Shown here: positions 29,519 to 37,576 of the stretch, piece by piece | Layout of the letters: the number at the start of each line of letters is the position of its first letter | Numbering within the stretch: the stretch's first letter is position 1 | Origin: Burkholderiales bacterium | Lineage (GTDB): Bacteria > Pseudomonadota > Gammaproteobacteria > Burkholderiales > WYBJ01 | Direction: 5' to 3' | Assembly: GCA_020848435.1 (NCBI GenBank) | Contig: JADLAC010000009.1 | Span: 89,765-153,764, forward strand | DNA: 64,000 nucleotides | The notes under the pieces: model-generated | Told to the model about the DNA's origin: nothing | The model's database searches: none | The model's input: the letters and a program-made list of their open reading frames with translations, nothing else | Translations under genes and position numbers: made by a program

Positions 29519-31075
29519 ATGTCAGAGCAGCGGCAAACGACACACGCAGGGAGGCGCGAGTTCATCATGGGCGCGGCGAGCACGGGGGCATGGACGCTGC
29601 TCGGCGGATCGCAGCCGGCCGAGGCGGCACCGCCGCCGCCGAAGTGGGACATGGAAGTCGACGTGTTGGTCGCCGGTGCCGGCGTTTCCGGCTGCTCGGC
29701 TGCCATCGCAGCGAGCGATGCAGGCGTGCCGAACGTTCTGCTGGTCGAAAAGACGACCCGCGCCGGGGGCTCGGGATGGTTTTCTTCCGGGACCATACTC
29801 GCTGCCGGCACCAGCATGCAGAAGGAGCGGAAAATCCAGGATTCCACGGCGCTGTGGCTGCGCGAAGCCATGGAGACTTCCGAGGGCGGCGTCGAACCCG
29901 AGATCGCGCGCCGGCTGATCGAAGGCTCGACCGAGGCGTTCGATTTCCTCCATGCCGCCGGAATGCGCTGGTCGTTCATCGATCCGCTGCCGGGCTACAG
30001 CGTGCCGCGCGGTTATCGCGAAGCCGGCGGCGGCGCCAAGATGATGAAGGTCCTCACGGCCGAAGTGCAGAAACGCTCGGGCATCAAGCTGGTGCTGGAG
30101 ACGCGGGTGGTTCGGCTGTACATGGATCAGTGGGGCCGCAGCGGCAGCGAGGTGGTCGGCGCGGAATGCATGGATGCAAAAGGACGAGCGACCAACGTCA
30201 AGGCCCGAAGAGCCATCGTGCTGTGCACGGGCGACTACTCGGCGAATCCGGCGTACATCGAGAGCCATTTTCCGGCGCTCAAGAGCACGAAGTTCGTGGG
30301 CAATGCCGGCAACACCGGCGACGGCATACGCATGGCGCAGAAGCTCGGCGCAGACATCACCGGCTACAACCCGCAAGGCCACCCGCACTGCGTCGAGGTG
30401 GAGCCCGGGCGGGCGTTGCTGTGGTGCCGCTACGAGTTCCTGGCGCAGTCGGGGGCGATCCTCGTCAACGGCGCGGGCAAGCGGTTCTGCGACGAGCCAG
30501 TCAAGGGGTACTACGTGCCGCTCTTTCCCGAAGTGCAGAAGCAGAATGGCCATTACTCATGTGTCTTCGATGCCGCCGCCGCGCAGCGCATCGCCGCCGA
30601 TTCCCGCTTCGAGACCACGTTTCGCGGCCACACGGAGATGTTCATCAAGGGTCTCAACGGGGACGGCTACGTGGTCAAGAAGGCGGACAGCATCGAGGAG
30701 CTGGCGCGCAAGCTCGGGATCGATGCGTCCGGGCTGGCGCAGACGCTCACGGCCTACACCGCGGCCGTCGCCGCCGGCAAGGATGCCGAATTCAACCGCA
30801 ACCCGAAGTTCCTGCTTGCGATGAACACGCCCCCGTATTACGGCTGGCGCGGCACCATAGGCGTTACCACCACGCGCGGCGGTCTCAGGATGGATCCGGA
30901 GGCGCGGATACTCGATCCCGACCGGCGGCCGATTCCGCGTCTGTACGGCGCCGGCGGCACCATCGGCGGCTATACCAACGAAGCGGGTTACCGCAGCGGC
31001 TGGCACTTGTCGAACGCGCTCGCCTACGGGCGAATCGCCGGGCGCAACGCCGCCAAGGAGAAGCCGCGCGCCTGA
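29519..31075 (+). CDS. Tat-exported FAD-dependent oxidoreductase (fumarate reductase / flavocytochrome-c flavoprotein-like, KstD-like)
   Basis: The start was trimmed to MSEQRQ at 29519. Twin-arginine motif GRREFIMGAA. FAD dinucleotide fold DVLVAGAGVSGCSAAIAAS. The C-terminal region is RLYGAGGTIGG. Confidence 0.8.
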   Translation: MSEQRQTTHAGRREFIMGAASTGAWTLLGGSQPAEAAPPPPKWDMEVDVLVAGAGVSGCSAAIAASDAGVPNVLLVEKTTRAGGSGWFSSGTILAAGTSMQKERKIQDSTALWLREAMETSEGGVEPEIARRLIEGSTEAFDFLHAAGMRWSFIDPLPGYSVPRGYREAGGGAKMMKVLTAEVQKRSGIKLVLETRVVRLYMDQWGRSGSEVVGAECMDAKGRATNVKARRAIVLCTGDYSANPAYIESHFPALKSTKFVGNAGNTGDGIRMAQKLGADITGYNPQGHPHCVEVEPGRALLWCRYEFLAQSGAILVNGAGKRFCDEPVKGYYVPLFPEVQKQNGHYSCVFDAAAAQRIAADSRFETTFRGHTEMFIKGLNGDGYVVKKADSIEELARKLGIDASGLAQTLTAYTAAVAAGKDAEFNRNPKFLLAMNTPPYYGWRGTIGVTTTRGGLRMDPEARILDPDRRPIPRLYGAGGTIGGYTNEAGYRSGWHLSNALAYGRIAGRNAAKEKPRA

Positions 31076-31288
31076 TTGGCGCTTTCGGCAGCGATGAGGG
31101 TATCGCGACGGCTTGCCGAAAGGTATCGGCTGGCTTGGTACGACGCGCTTATCGTCTCCTTAGCGCTGGCGGCTGGCTGCACGACGCTCTACTCGGAAGA
31201 CATGGACGATGGATTGCGAATCGAAGAGACGCTGCGCATCCGTAATCCTTTCGGCGGACGAGCTGCTGAAAACCCGCAAAAGCGTTGA
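31076..31288 (+). pseudogene. Remnant of a PIN-domain (VapC-like) toxin gene; only the C-terminal part is present
   Basis: The reading frame gives ...RYRLAWYDALIVSLALAAGCTTLYSEDMDDGLRIEETLRIRNPF. This matches the C-terminal PIN pattern (fwDAlivA.Al..gc..L.TeD...G......l.v.NPF). The frame opens directly after the stop of the upstream flavoprotein gene. There is no N-terminal half and no antitoxin. Confidence 0.45.
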
Positions 31289-31305
31289 GCTGGCGAAACA
31301 CCCGG

Positions 31306-32448
31306 CTAGCTCGAAGCGGCGATACGGCTCCAGAGCAAGGGCTCGATGCCGGGCGGGGTGACCACGCGCACGATCGCGTCATAGCGCGCCTGCCAAGCGG
31401 CATCGGGCGGCGCGCCGCAGAACGTCAAGCCGAGACAGCAGGTCGTCATGGCCTCGAGCGGCAGCATCGCGTTGTTCATGACCGGGACGTGCGACGCCGA
31501 GTAGAGCGCAAAGTCGCACTTCGCGGTCGCGATGGACATCGCCAGCTCCGCGGAGACCCGACCCGCGTACCACGTGCGCATGGACTTCAGCGGTTCCCTC
31601 CCGAGCGCGAGATAGACCTCGCGCGCGCTCCGGAACAGATCCTGCGTGGGCACGGTACGATGAAACGCGAAGTAGAACAGATGCACCTGGTGGATCGGCC
31701 GCGACAGTCCGAAGCGGCCGATGCATTCCTCGGCGTCAGCCCAGACGATGACCCGGTCCCCCGGCATGGTCTTGCCAGGCACGTGCGTGAACGTGCAAGT
31801 GGGCGCGAAGTCGCATCCTTGGTAGCGAACCAGCTCCTCGGCGAGGGGTGCGCCCGGAAAGAACACCGTGTCGGCGTCCACGACCACGGTGAAATCGAAA
31901 GGGCTGATCAGGTCGGCGTGCAGCTTGGCCCATAGGGGCGCAAAGCGCTCGCCGAGGAAGGCTCGGGGCGGTGGACACTCGATCAGCCGGTCGAAGGCCG
32001 CGAGCCGCTCTCGGGAAAGCTTCGCCAGGGCCGCGCCGTGATGGCAAACGGCCACCGTCGCCTCAGGATGGGAATGCTTGATGGAGCGCGCGGCGTTGTA
32101 CGCGAGCTGACCATAGCGCTGGTCGCCCAGCGCGAAGATCAGGAACCCGCGTGTGCCCGGTGATGCCTGCCCGGTCGATCCCGGGACGTGGTGGCGGCGC
32201 ACGATTCCGAACCGGATCAGTTCCTCGAGCAGCTCGCGCGCCGCCTCGATGGACGCTGCGCCTGCGAGCGCTTGTTGGACCTGGTCATCGCTCGACGGTT
32301 TGGCGAGCTGTTCGAGCACGCGCAGGACCCGTGTGTGCGTGACCAACGGGCGCTGCGGAAAGCCTTGGGCCGGGGCGTGGATTTCGATGCAGGCATCACC
32401 GCGGTAGAAGACGCGCACGCCCGGAGCGAGGACATGGAGTATGGTCAT
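31306..32448 (-). CDS. Two-domain protein: N-terminal PqqD/RRE-like domain (inferred) plus C-terminal GT-A/GT8-like nucleotide-sugar transferase-like domain (DxD)
   Basis: The start was trimmed to MTILHV at 32448. The first ~85 aa (LAPGVRVFYRGDACIEIHAP...THTRVLRVLEQL....DQVQQAL......AARELLEELIRFGIVRR) have the beta-strands-then-winged-helix layout of PqqD-like peptide-binding domains. The body has FLIFALGDQRYGQLAYNAARSIK and VVVDADTVF (DxD). Confidence 0.45.
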   Translation of the reverse strand: MTILHVLAPGVRVFYRGDACIEIHAPAQGFPQRPLVTHTRVLRVLEQLAKPSSDDQVQQALAGAASIEAARELLEELIRFGIVRRHHVPGSTGQASPGTRGFLIFALGDQRYGQLAYNAARSIKHSHPEATVAVCHHGAALAKLSRERLAAFDRLIECPPPRAFLGERFAPLWAKLHADLISPFDFTVVVDADTVFFPGAPLAEELVRYQGCDFAPTCTFTHVPGKTMPGDRVIVWADAEECIGRFGLSRPIHQVHLFYFAFHRTVPTQDLFRSAREVYLALGREPLKSMRTWYAGRVSAELAMSIATAKCDFALYSASHVPVMNNAMLPLEAMTTCCLGLTFCGAPPDAAWQARYDAIVRVVTPPGIEPLLWSRIAASS

Positions 32449-32792
32449 GGCGTCGGTGCCGTAAGCGTCCAAAGATCTCGTCTGCCGCGTGCCGCGCGCG
32501 CATCGAGGCAGCGCGGATCGAACGCCGGGCGGTGCGGACGATGGAGCTTGCACGATGCTTCCGTCGTGCTCGCATGGATCGCTCGACCTGCTCCGGACGA
32601 TGATCCCATCAGCGAATCGCGCCGCCTGCTCGTCGATGGGACTGAGTGCTTGGCCGCCAGCCGTGCGCCGGGCGAAAATGCGGCGAGCCCGGATCGCCGT
32701 GCGTCGCGAAGAATCCGGAGCCTGATCCCCTGCCTTGGGGCGGCGCCGGGCCGGCCGGCGAACGGATGCTCGATGGAGGCGCTGAATCTGGC

Positions 32793-33251
32793 ATGGCTGC
32801 GCACCGAACCGATATACATATCGAGCGCCCCGGGTCCGAGGACTGGGGACGCATCGTCGACATCCTGCGGCACGCCAATTTCCACCATATCGGCGGTCCG
32901 GAAATGCCGGCCTTCCCCTTGGCCGATTGTTTCGTCGCCGTCGTCGATGGTCGCATCGTCGGGGTCGCGGGCTATCGGATTCTCGATCCGTCCACCGCCA
33001 AGACCACGCTGCTCGCGGTGGCGCCGGAATGCCGATCGAGGGGCATTGGCGAGGCGCTTCAGCGCGAACGCATGGACCATCTGCGCGGCCTCGGCATCAA
33101 GACCCTGCACACCAACACCGATGACCCGAGGGTCGTCGATTGGTACCTGCGTCACTTCGGCTATCGCGTGACGGGCAACACCACCCCCAAGGTGGCGCCC
33201 TTCGGCCGTGCGGATCGAGATCACTGGATCGGCCTCGTTGTGGATCTATGA
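32793..33251 (+). CDS. GNAT-family N-acetyltransferase
   Basis: IVGVAGYRILD....TLLAVAPECRSRGIGEALQRERMDHLRGLG matches the acetyl-CoA binding motif A (R/Q-x-x-G-x-G/A). An alternative start lies at 32766. Confidence 0.7.
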   Translation: MAAHRTDIHIERPGSEDWGRIVDILRHANFHHIGGPEMPAFPLADCFVAVVDGRIVGVAGYRILDPSTAKTTLLAVAPECRSRGIGEALQRERMDHLRGLGIKTLHTNTDDPRVVDWYLRHFGYRVTGNTTPKVAPFGRADRDHWIGLVVDL

Positions 33252-33289
33252 CGAGCACGACCGCGCACCGGTGCAATGCGGTCTCGCCT

Positions 33290-34708
33290 CTACGCTGCGC
33301 CATGCGGGGGGAAATAGTCCGAAACGAAATCCTGAAACTTGCCACCGGGCCCGGGCGCGATTTCTGGCCAGCGTTCGATTCGAAAAGTGAACGGCAGCCC
33401 GAGCGCTGCCGAGTCGAAAGCGGCGCCGACATACTCCCGGAACCTGGCCGTCAGGCACTCCCGCGCGACGACGCGCAGCTCGATGACGCCGTTCCTCGCC
33501 TGATGGAGCTGGTATTGCCGCATGCCTCGCGCGACCTCGATCGGGGCGTGCTCCAGCGCTTCCCGAACGGCCATCACACAGCGCAGCGTACCCTCGGGCA
33601 GCGCAGAGAAATTCCTGTACCGCCCGACCAGGTCGGTGAACGATGGCAGCGTGCGGCCGCAGGGACAGGCGGCCTCGACACGCAGCGCGAGATCGCCCGT
33701 GTCGTAGCGAATCAGCGGCATGGCGAGGTTGCTCAGTGCGGTGACGAGCACCCGCCCCGATTTTCCTGGCTCGACAGCATGACCGTCTGCATCGACGATC
33801 TCGATCAGGCAATGCTCGGCGTGCACGTGAAACCGCCCGCCTTCAGGGCAGCGGGAAGCGACGATGCCGACTTCGTTCAGTCCGTAATTCTCGTCGGCAT
33901 CGACGCCGAGCACGGATCGGATGCGCCGCCTTGCATCCGGCCAGAGCTGCGAGGTGATCGACTCGACACCGCGCAAGAAACTCGGCGCCGGCCGGCTCTC
34001 CCAGGCGAGCGCGAGATGCTCCAGCGTGGCGGCCTTGGCCACCAGGTATGCCGGCCGGGCCGTAGTCAGCCAGTCGATTTGCTGCTCGATGCTGCTTAGA
34101 TAATCGAAGCCGACAAAACCGCCGGTCTCGAAATCGCTCCCGATCAGGGGCCAGACGTCTACCCGGCAACCGATACCCGGAGCCACAGGCGCGCCGGTCG
34201 GATCGGGCGGCAACTCCCGCGCACGGCGCATGGCGCCAAGCGTGAGCAAGGGGTCGTAGCGAAACCACCGCAGCTCGCGTTGCTTGAGTATGCTGAACAT
34301 GCGCAGGCTGCGTCGGCTTTGACGTACATGTACAGGCTGGCCGGTGGTTCCCGAAGTGCTCGTCTGCCCGGCCCAATGTTCCCCGGCCGGAAGAACGCGG
34401 GCGGCCAGCGCATCGCCCGCTGCTCGCAATTCGGACTTGGTCAGCACCGGCAGAGCGCTCAAGTCGCCGCTCGCTGCCATCCGTGGCCAAGAAATGCCTG
34501 AGCTGCGCCATTGTGCGCGGTAGTACGGAACGCAGGCGGCGGCGAATCCGAGCACGCGTTCGAGATTGGTCGCGAGCCGCGCGTGTTGCTCGGTGCTCGC
34601 CGCAAACTCGTTGCGGACCAAGGCGTCGTAATACTGGCCATGGCGCACGTGTGCGCGCAAGCGCCAACGCGATTGCTCCGACTGCTCTGCCGTCAAGCTG
34701 GTAGGCAC
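33290..34708 (-). CDS. PaaK/CapK/F390-synthetase-type adenylate-forming enzyme (paralogue 1 of 3)
   Basis: 472 aa with a GTG start. Motifs: VPYYRAQW, LPVLTKSELR, the AMP-binding loop TSGTTGQP, PLIRYDTGD, and the C-terminal GGKFQDF. Confidence 0.75.
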   Translation of the reverse strand: MPTSLTAEQSEQSRWRLRAHVRHGQYYDALVRNEFAASTEQHARLATNLERVLGFAAACVPYYRAQWRSSGISWPRMAASGDLSALPVLTKSELRAAGDALAARVLPAGEHWAGQTSTSGTTGQPVHVRQSRRSLRMFSILKQRELRWFRYDPLLTLGAMRRARELPPDPTGAPVAPGIGCRVDVWPLIGSDFETGGFVGFDYLSSIEQQIDWLTTARPAYLVAKAATLEHLALAWESRPAPSFLRGVESITSQLWPDARRRIRSVLGVDADENYGLNEVGIVASRCPEGGRFHVHAEHCLIEIVDADGHAVEPGKSGRVLVTALSNLAMPLIRYDTGDLALRVEAACPCGRTLPSFTDLVGRYRNFSALPEGTLRCVMAVREALEHAPIEVARGMRQYQLHQARNGVIELRVVARECLTARFREYVGAAFDSAALGLPFTFRIERWPEIAPGPGGKFQDFVSDYFPPHGAA

Positions 34709-34714
34709 GAACGA

Positions 34715-35932
34715 TCAGCCGCCGGCGTCGCCCGCTCGCGGCGCAGCGGTGGTCGATTCGACTGCGTCGACGAACGCCGCGAGCCGCGTCGCGCGGTCTT
34801 CGCGCGTGTAGCGCGCGGCGAATTGCCGCGCCTTGTCCGCGAAGCTCGGCTCCGAGAATAAGCGCAGCAGCAGCTTGCGCAGCGGCGGCGATCGGTCAAA
34901 CAAGTCGACGTAGAGGCCCGCGCCGAATGCGGCGACGCGTTGTGAGGTCAGAAGCTGCTCGCCTTGCATCGGCAGCAGCAGCACGGGGCAGCCCGAGGTG
35001 AGCGCTGTCGCCACGCTGCCGTGCCCTGCGTGGCAGACGATGCAACGGCACTCTCGCGCGACGGCCTGCAAGTCGATCGGATCCGGCGAAAAGCCGACGC
35101 CCATCGCGCGCAGCTCGGCGAGCTCGCGCTGGCCGAGGTCGGGGACGTGCGCCACCACGCTCGCACCAAGCTCGGTCAGGGTCTTCAGCGCGGGTACGGT
35201 GCGCGGGTCCTGCGGCTTGAGATAGCAAAAGACTCTCGGATCGCCCGGCGGCCAGCTCGCACCGGCCGCGTTCTCGCTCTCCAGCACCGGACCGACATAG
35301 GCTGCATTCACACGCGCCGCCGCGAACGGGTCCAACTCCGGTGTGGTGCACAGTATCGTCGCGCTGTCACGAAACAGCGCCGCGAAGGAAGCCAACGGCG
35401 CAGTGTCCAGGCGGATTAGCGCGCTATTGATGACGCGCGTGATGTGGGCTTGCGCCTGGCGCATGCGCGCCAGAGATGGCTTCGCCCAGGGCGCGAGCGT
35501 CGGCATGTCGTCGATCGCGGGAGGACATTCGTAGCCCGTGCCGAACATCGTGGAGGCGATGCCTAAGCCGCGCGCGGCGAGCAACGCCGTCGGTGCGAAA
35601 TTGAGCAACAGGCGCTCAGGGGCGAGCGCCGTGAAGATCTCGCGCCATGCCTTCAGCATAGCCGTGAGCGCAGCGGTATCCAGGTAGCCGAAGCGGAACA
35701 GCAGCTCGGCGAAGTTCGCGGCGGGCGGAAAGCCGTCCGCTGGCGGGAGCCACACCGGCGCCTGCAGCAAGCGATAACCGTGGCAGCCGAGCCGTTTCTC
35801 GGCGCGCGAAAGGTCCCGCAATGCGAACACGACCTCGTGACCGCGTTCGCGCAGGGCTCGGGCGATGGTCGCGAAGCCATCCAGATGGCCGTAGCCGCTG
35901 CCGAGTTCCCATGCGATCAGGATGCGGCTCAA
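34715..35932 (-). CDS. GT1-family glycosyltransferase (UDP-glycosyltransferase / MGT-like)
   Basis: 405 aa with a TTG start. The N-terminus ILIAWELGSGYGHL and the C-terminal donor-binding region VCHAGHGSVATALTSGCPVLLLPMQGEQ are typical of GT-B GT1 enzymes. Confidence 0.75.
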   Translation of the reverse strand: MSRILIAWELGSGYGHLDGFATIARALRERGHEVVFALRDLSRAEKRLGCHGYRLLQAPVWLPPADGFPPAANFAELLFRFGYLDTAALTAMLKAWREIFTALAPERLLLNFAPTALLAARGLGIASTMFGTGYECPPAIDDMPTLAPWAKPSLARMRQAQAHITRVINSALIRLDTAPLASFAALFRDSATILCTTPELDPFAAARVNAAYVGPVLESENAAGASWPPGDPRVFCYLKPQDPRTVPALKTLTELGASVVAHVPDLGQRELAELRAMGVGFSPDPIDLQAVARECRCIVCHAGHGSVATALTSGCPVLLLPMQGEQLLTSQRVAAFGAGLYVDLFDRSPPLRKLLLRLFSEPSFADKARQFAARYTREDRATRLAAFVDAVESTTAAPRAGDAGG

Positions 35933-36190
35933 GCCGGCTCGTCCCCCGAAGCCGCGCGGCTCCGGACCGATAACGCGAGCGCCTCGGCCGTGCGCCCGGC
36001 ACGGCTACGGCTGTTCGTGACAGGAACGCGGCAACGCTGGCCGCTGAACCACGAAGCCGCTACCATGACTCGGTCCAGGCGCGCCAAGCCGCGCGGCCGC
36101 AAAGCTCGCATAGAATGTCATCGTCCTCGCGCACGAGCATGCAGGATAGCATCGTCGCGGATTTCCCCGAACAGCGTGCCGAAACGACAG

Positions 36191-37576
36191 ATGTCCTTCG
36201 CTTCGCTTCTGCCTCGATCCGCCATCCCCGGAATCGTATGGCCGCCGATCCCCGGCGTGATGGCCGCGCGCGTGCTGGCGCTGCTGCAACAACTCGATCG
36301 CAGCCAATGGTGGCCTGCCGCCGAGTTGCGCCGATGGCAGTCGAAGCAGCTCCAAGCGTTGCTCGACCACGCCTTCGGCAGCGTCCCCTACTATCGTGAA
36401 GACCTGCACGACCAGGTGACGGCCGAGCTTCGCGCCGAGAGCATGCTCGAGCGGCTGCAAGCGGTCCCCTTGTTGACGCGCGCCGCCGTGCAGCGTGCCG
36501 GCGAGCGGCTGAACAGCATCCAGGTCCCGCTGCAGCATGGCGCGCTCGCCACGCTCTCCACCGCGGGCTCGACCGGCCGTCCAGTCACGATTAACAAGAC
36601 GCAGCTCACTTCGCTGATTTGGCATGCGCTCATTCTTCGCGAGCACGCCTGGCACGGTCGGGATCTCGCGGCCAAGATGGCAGTGATCCGCTTCGTCGAG
36701 GATCCCGCTCGCGCGCGAGCGCCGGAAGGCTTGCACCAATCCGGTTGGGACACGATCAGCCATGTGCTCTACGAAACCGGACCGTGCGCGCTGCTCGCCA
36801 TCGATACGCCGGTGCGCGAGCAAGTGCAATGGCTCCAGCGCGAGAATCCCGATTACCTGCTGACGTATCCGACCAACCTGGCCGCCTTGCTCGAGTGTCT
36901 AAGCGCGGACCAGGCTCCCCTGCCCCGCCTGAGGGCGGTGCAGACGATCAGCGAAGCGTTCGACCCCGATCTGCGGGCGCGCTGCCGCGAGGTGCTGGGC
37001 ATCGATGTGGTCGACAGCTACAGCTCCCAGGAGGTCGGCCTGATCGCCTCGCAGTGTCCGACTTGCGCTGCGTATCACGTCCATGCGGAAGCGGCCTTGG
37101 TCGAAGTGTTGCGCCCCAATGGCGCAGCTTGCCGGCCGGGCGAGGTTGGTCGCGTGGTGGTTACGGATCTGCACAACTTCGCCACCCCGCTCATCCGCTA
37201 CGAGATCGGCGACTTGGCGGAGGTGGGCGAGGCGTGCCGCTGTGGGCGGGGCCTGCCCGTGCTGACGCGCATCCTCGGCCGCGTGCGCAACATGTTGACC
37301 CTGCCGGATGGGCAGCAGCTTTGGCCACGGCTTCGCAATCAGTTCTTCGCGGAGGTCGCCCAGGCGCCGATCGAGCAGATCCAGATCGTGCAGAAATCAT
37401 TGCAGCAAATCGAGATCCGGCTGGTGTGCGCGCGGCTGACGCCGGAACAAGAGCAACGCGTCGCACGGCTCTTGTGTCAGGCACTGGGTCATCGCTTCGA
37501 CGTTGCGTTCCAATACTGCGAGACGATTCCCCGCAGTCGCGGCGGGAAGTTCGAGGAGTTTCTCTCGGAGCTATGA
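36191..37576 (+). CDS. PaaK/CapK-type adenylate-forming enzyme (paralogue 2 of 3)
   Basis: The start was trimmed to the ATG at 36191 (MSFASLL). Motifs: VPYYREDL, VPLLTRAAV, TAGSTGRP, PLIRYEIGD, GGKFEEF. Its 3' end overlaps the convergent LanB-like gene by 6 nt. Confidence 0.75.
   Translation: MSFASLLPRSAIPGIVWPPIPGVMAARVLALLQQLDRSQWWPAAELRRWQSKQLQALLDHAFGSVPYYREDLHDQVTAELRAESMLERLQAVPLLTRAAVQRAGERLNSIQVPLQHGALATLSTAGSTGRPVTINKTQLTSLIWHALILREHAWHGRDLAAKMAVIRFVEDPARARAPEGLHQSGWDTISHVLYETGPCALLAIDTPVREQVQWLQRENPDYLLTYPTNLAALLECLSADQAPLPRLRAVQTISEAFDPDLRARCREVLGIDVVDSYSSQEVGLIASQCPTCAAYHVHAEAALVEVLRPNGAACRPGEVGRVVVTDLHNFATPLIRYEIGDLAEVGEACRCGRGLPVLTRILGRVRNMLTLPDGQQLWPRLRNQFFAEVAQAPIEQIQIVQKSLQQIEIRLVCARLTPEQEQRVARLLCQALGHRFDVAFQYCETIPRSRGGKFEEFLSEL

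Noticed and set aside
29500-31245. 581-aa ORF in an alternative frame of the flavoprotein gene. Also the 343-aa antisense ORF 29522-30553.
   Set aside because: The frame starting at 29519 carries the Tat motif and the FAD-binding fingerprint. The alternatives are Arg-rich shadow frames.
36065-36190. Upstream in-frame ATG that would add 42 aa (MTRSRRAKPRGRKARIECHRPRARAC...) to PaaK-like 2. Also a GGCAC-containing sigma-54-like string near 35998.
   Set aside because: The extension is extremely basic and has no counterpart in the two paralogues. The putative sigma-54 element lacks the TTGC half, so I do not call it.
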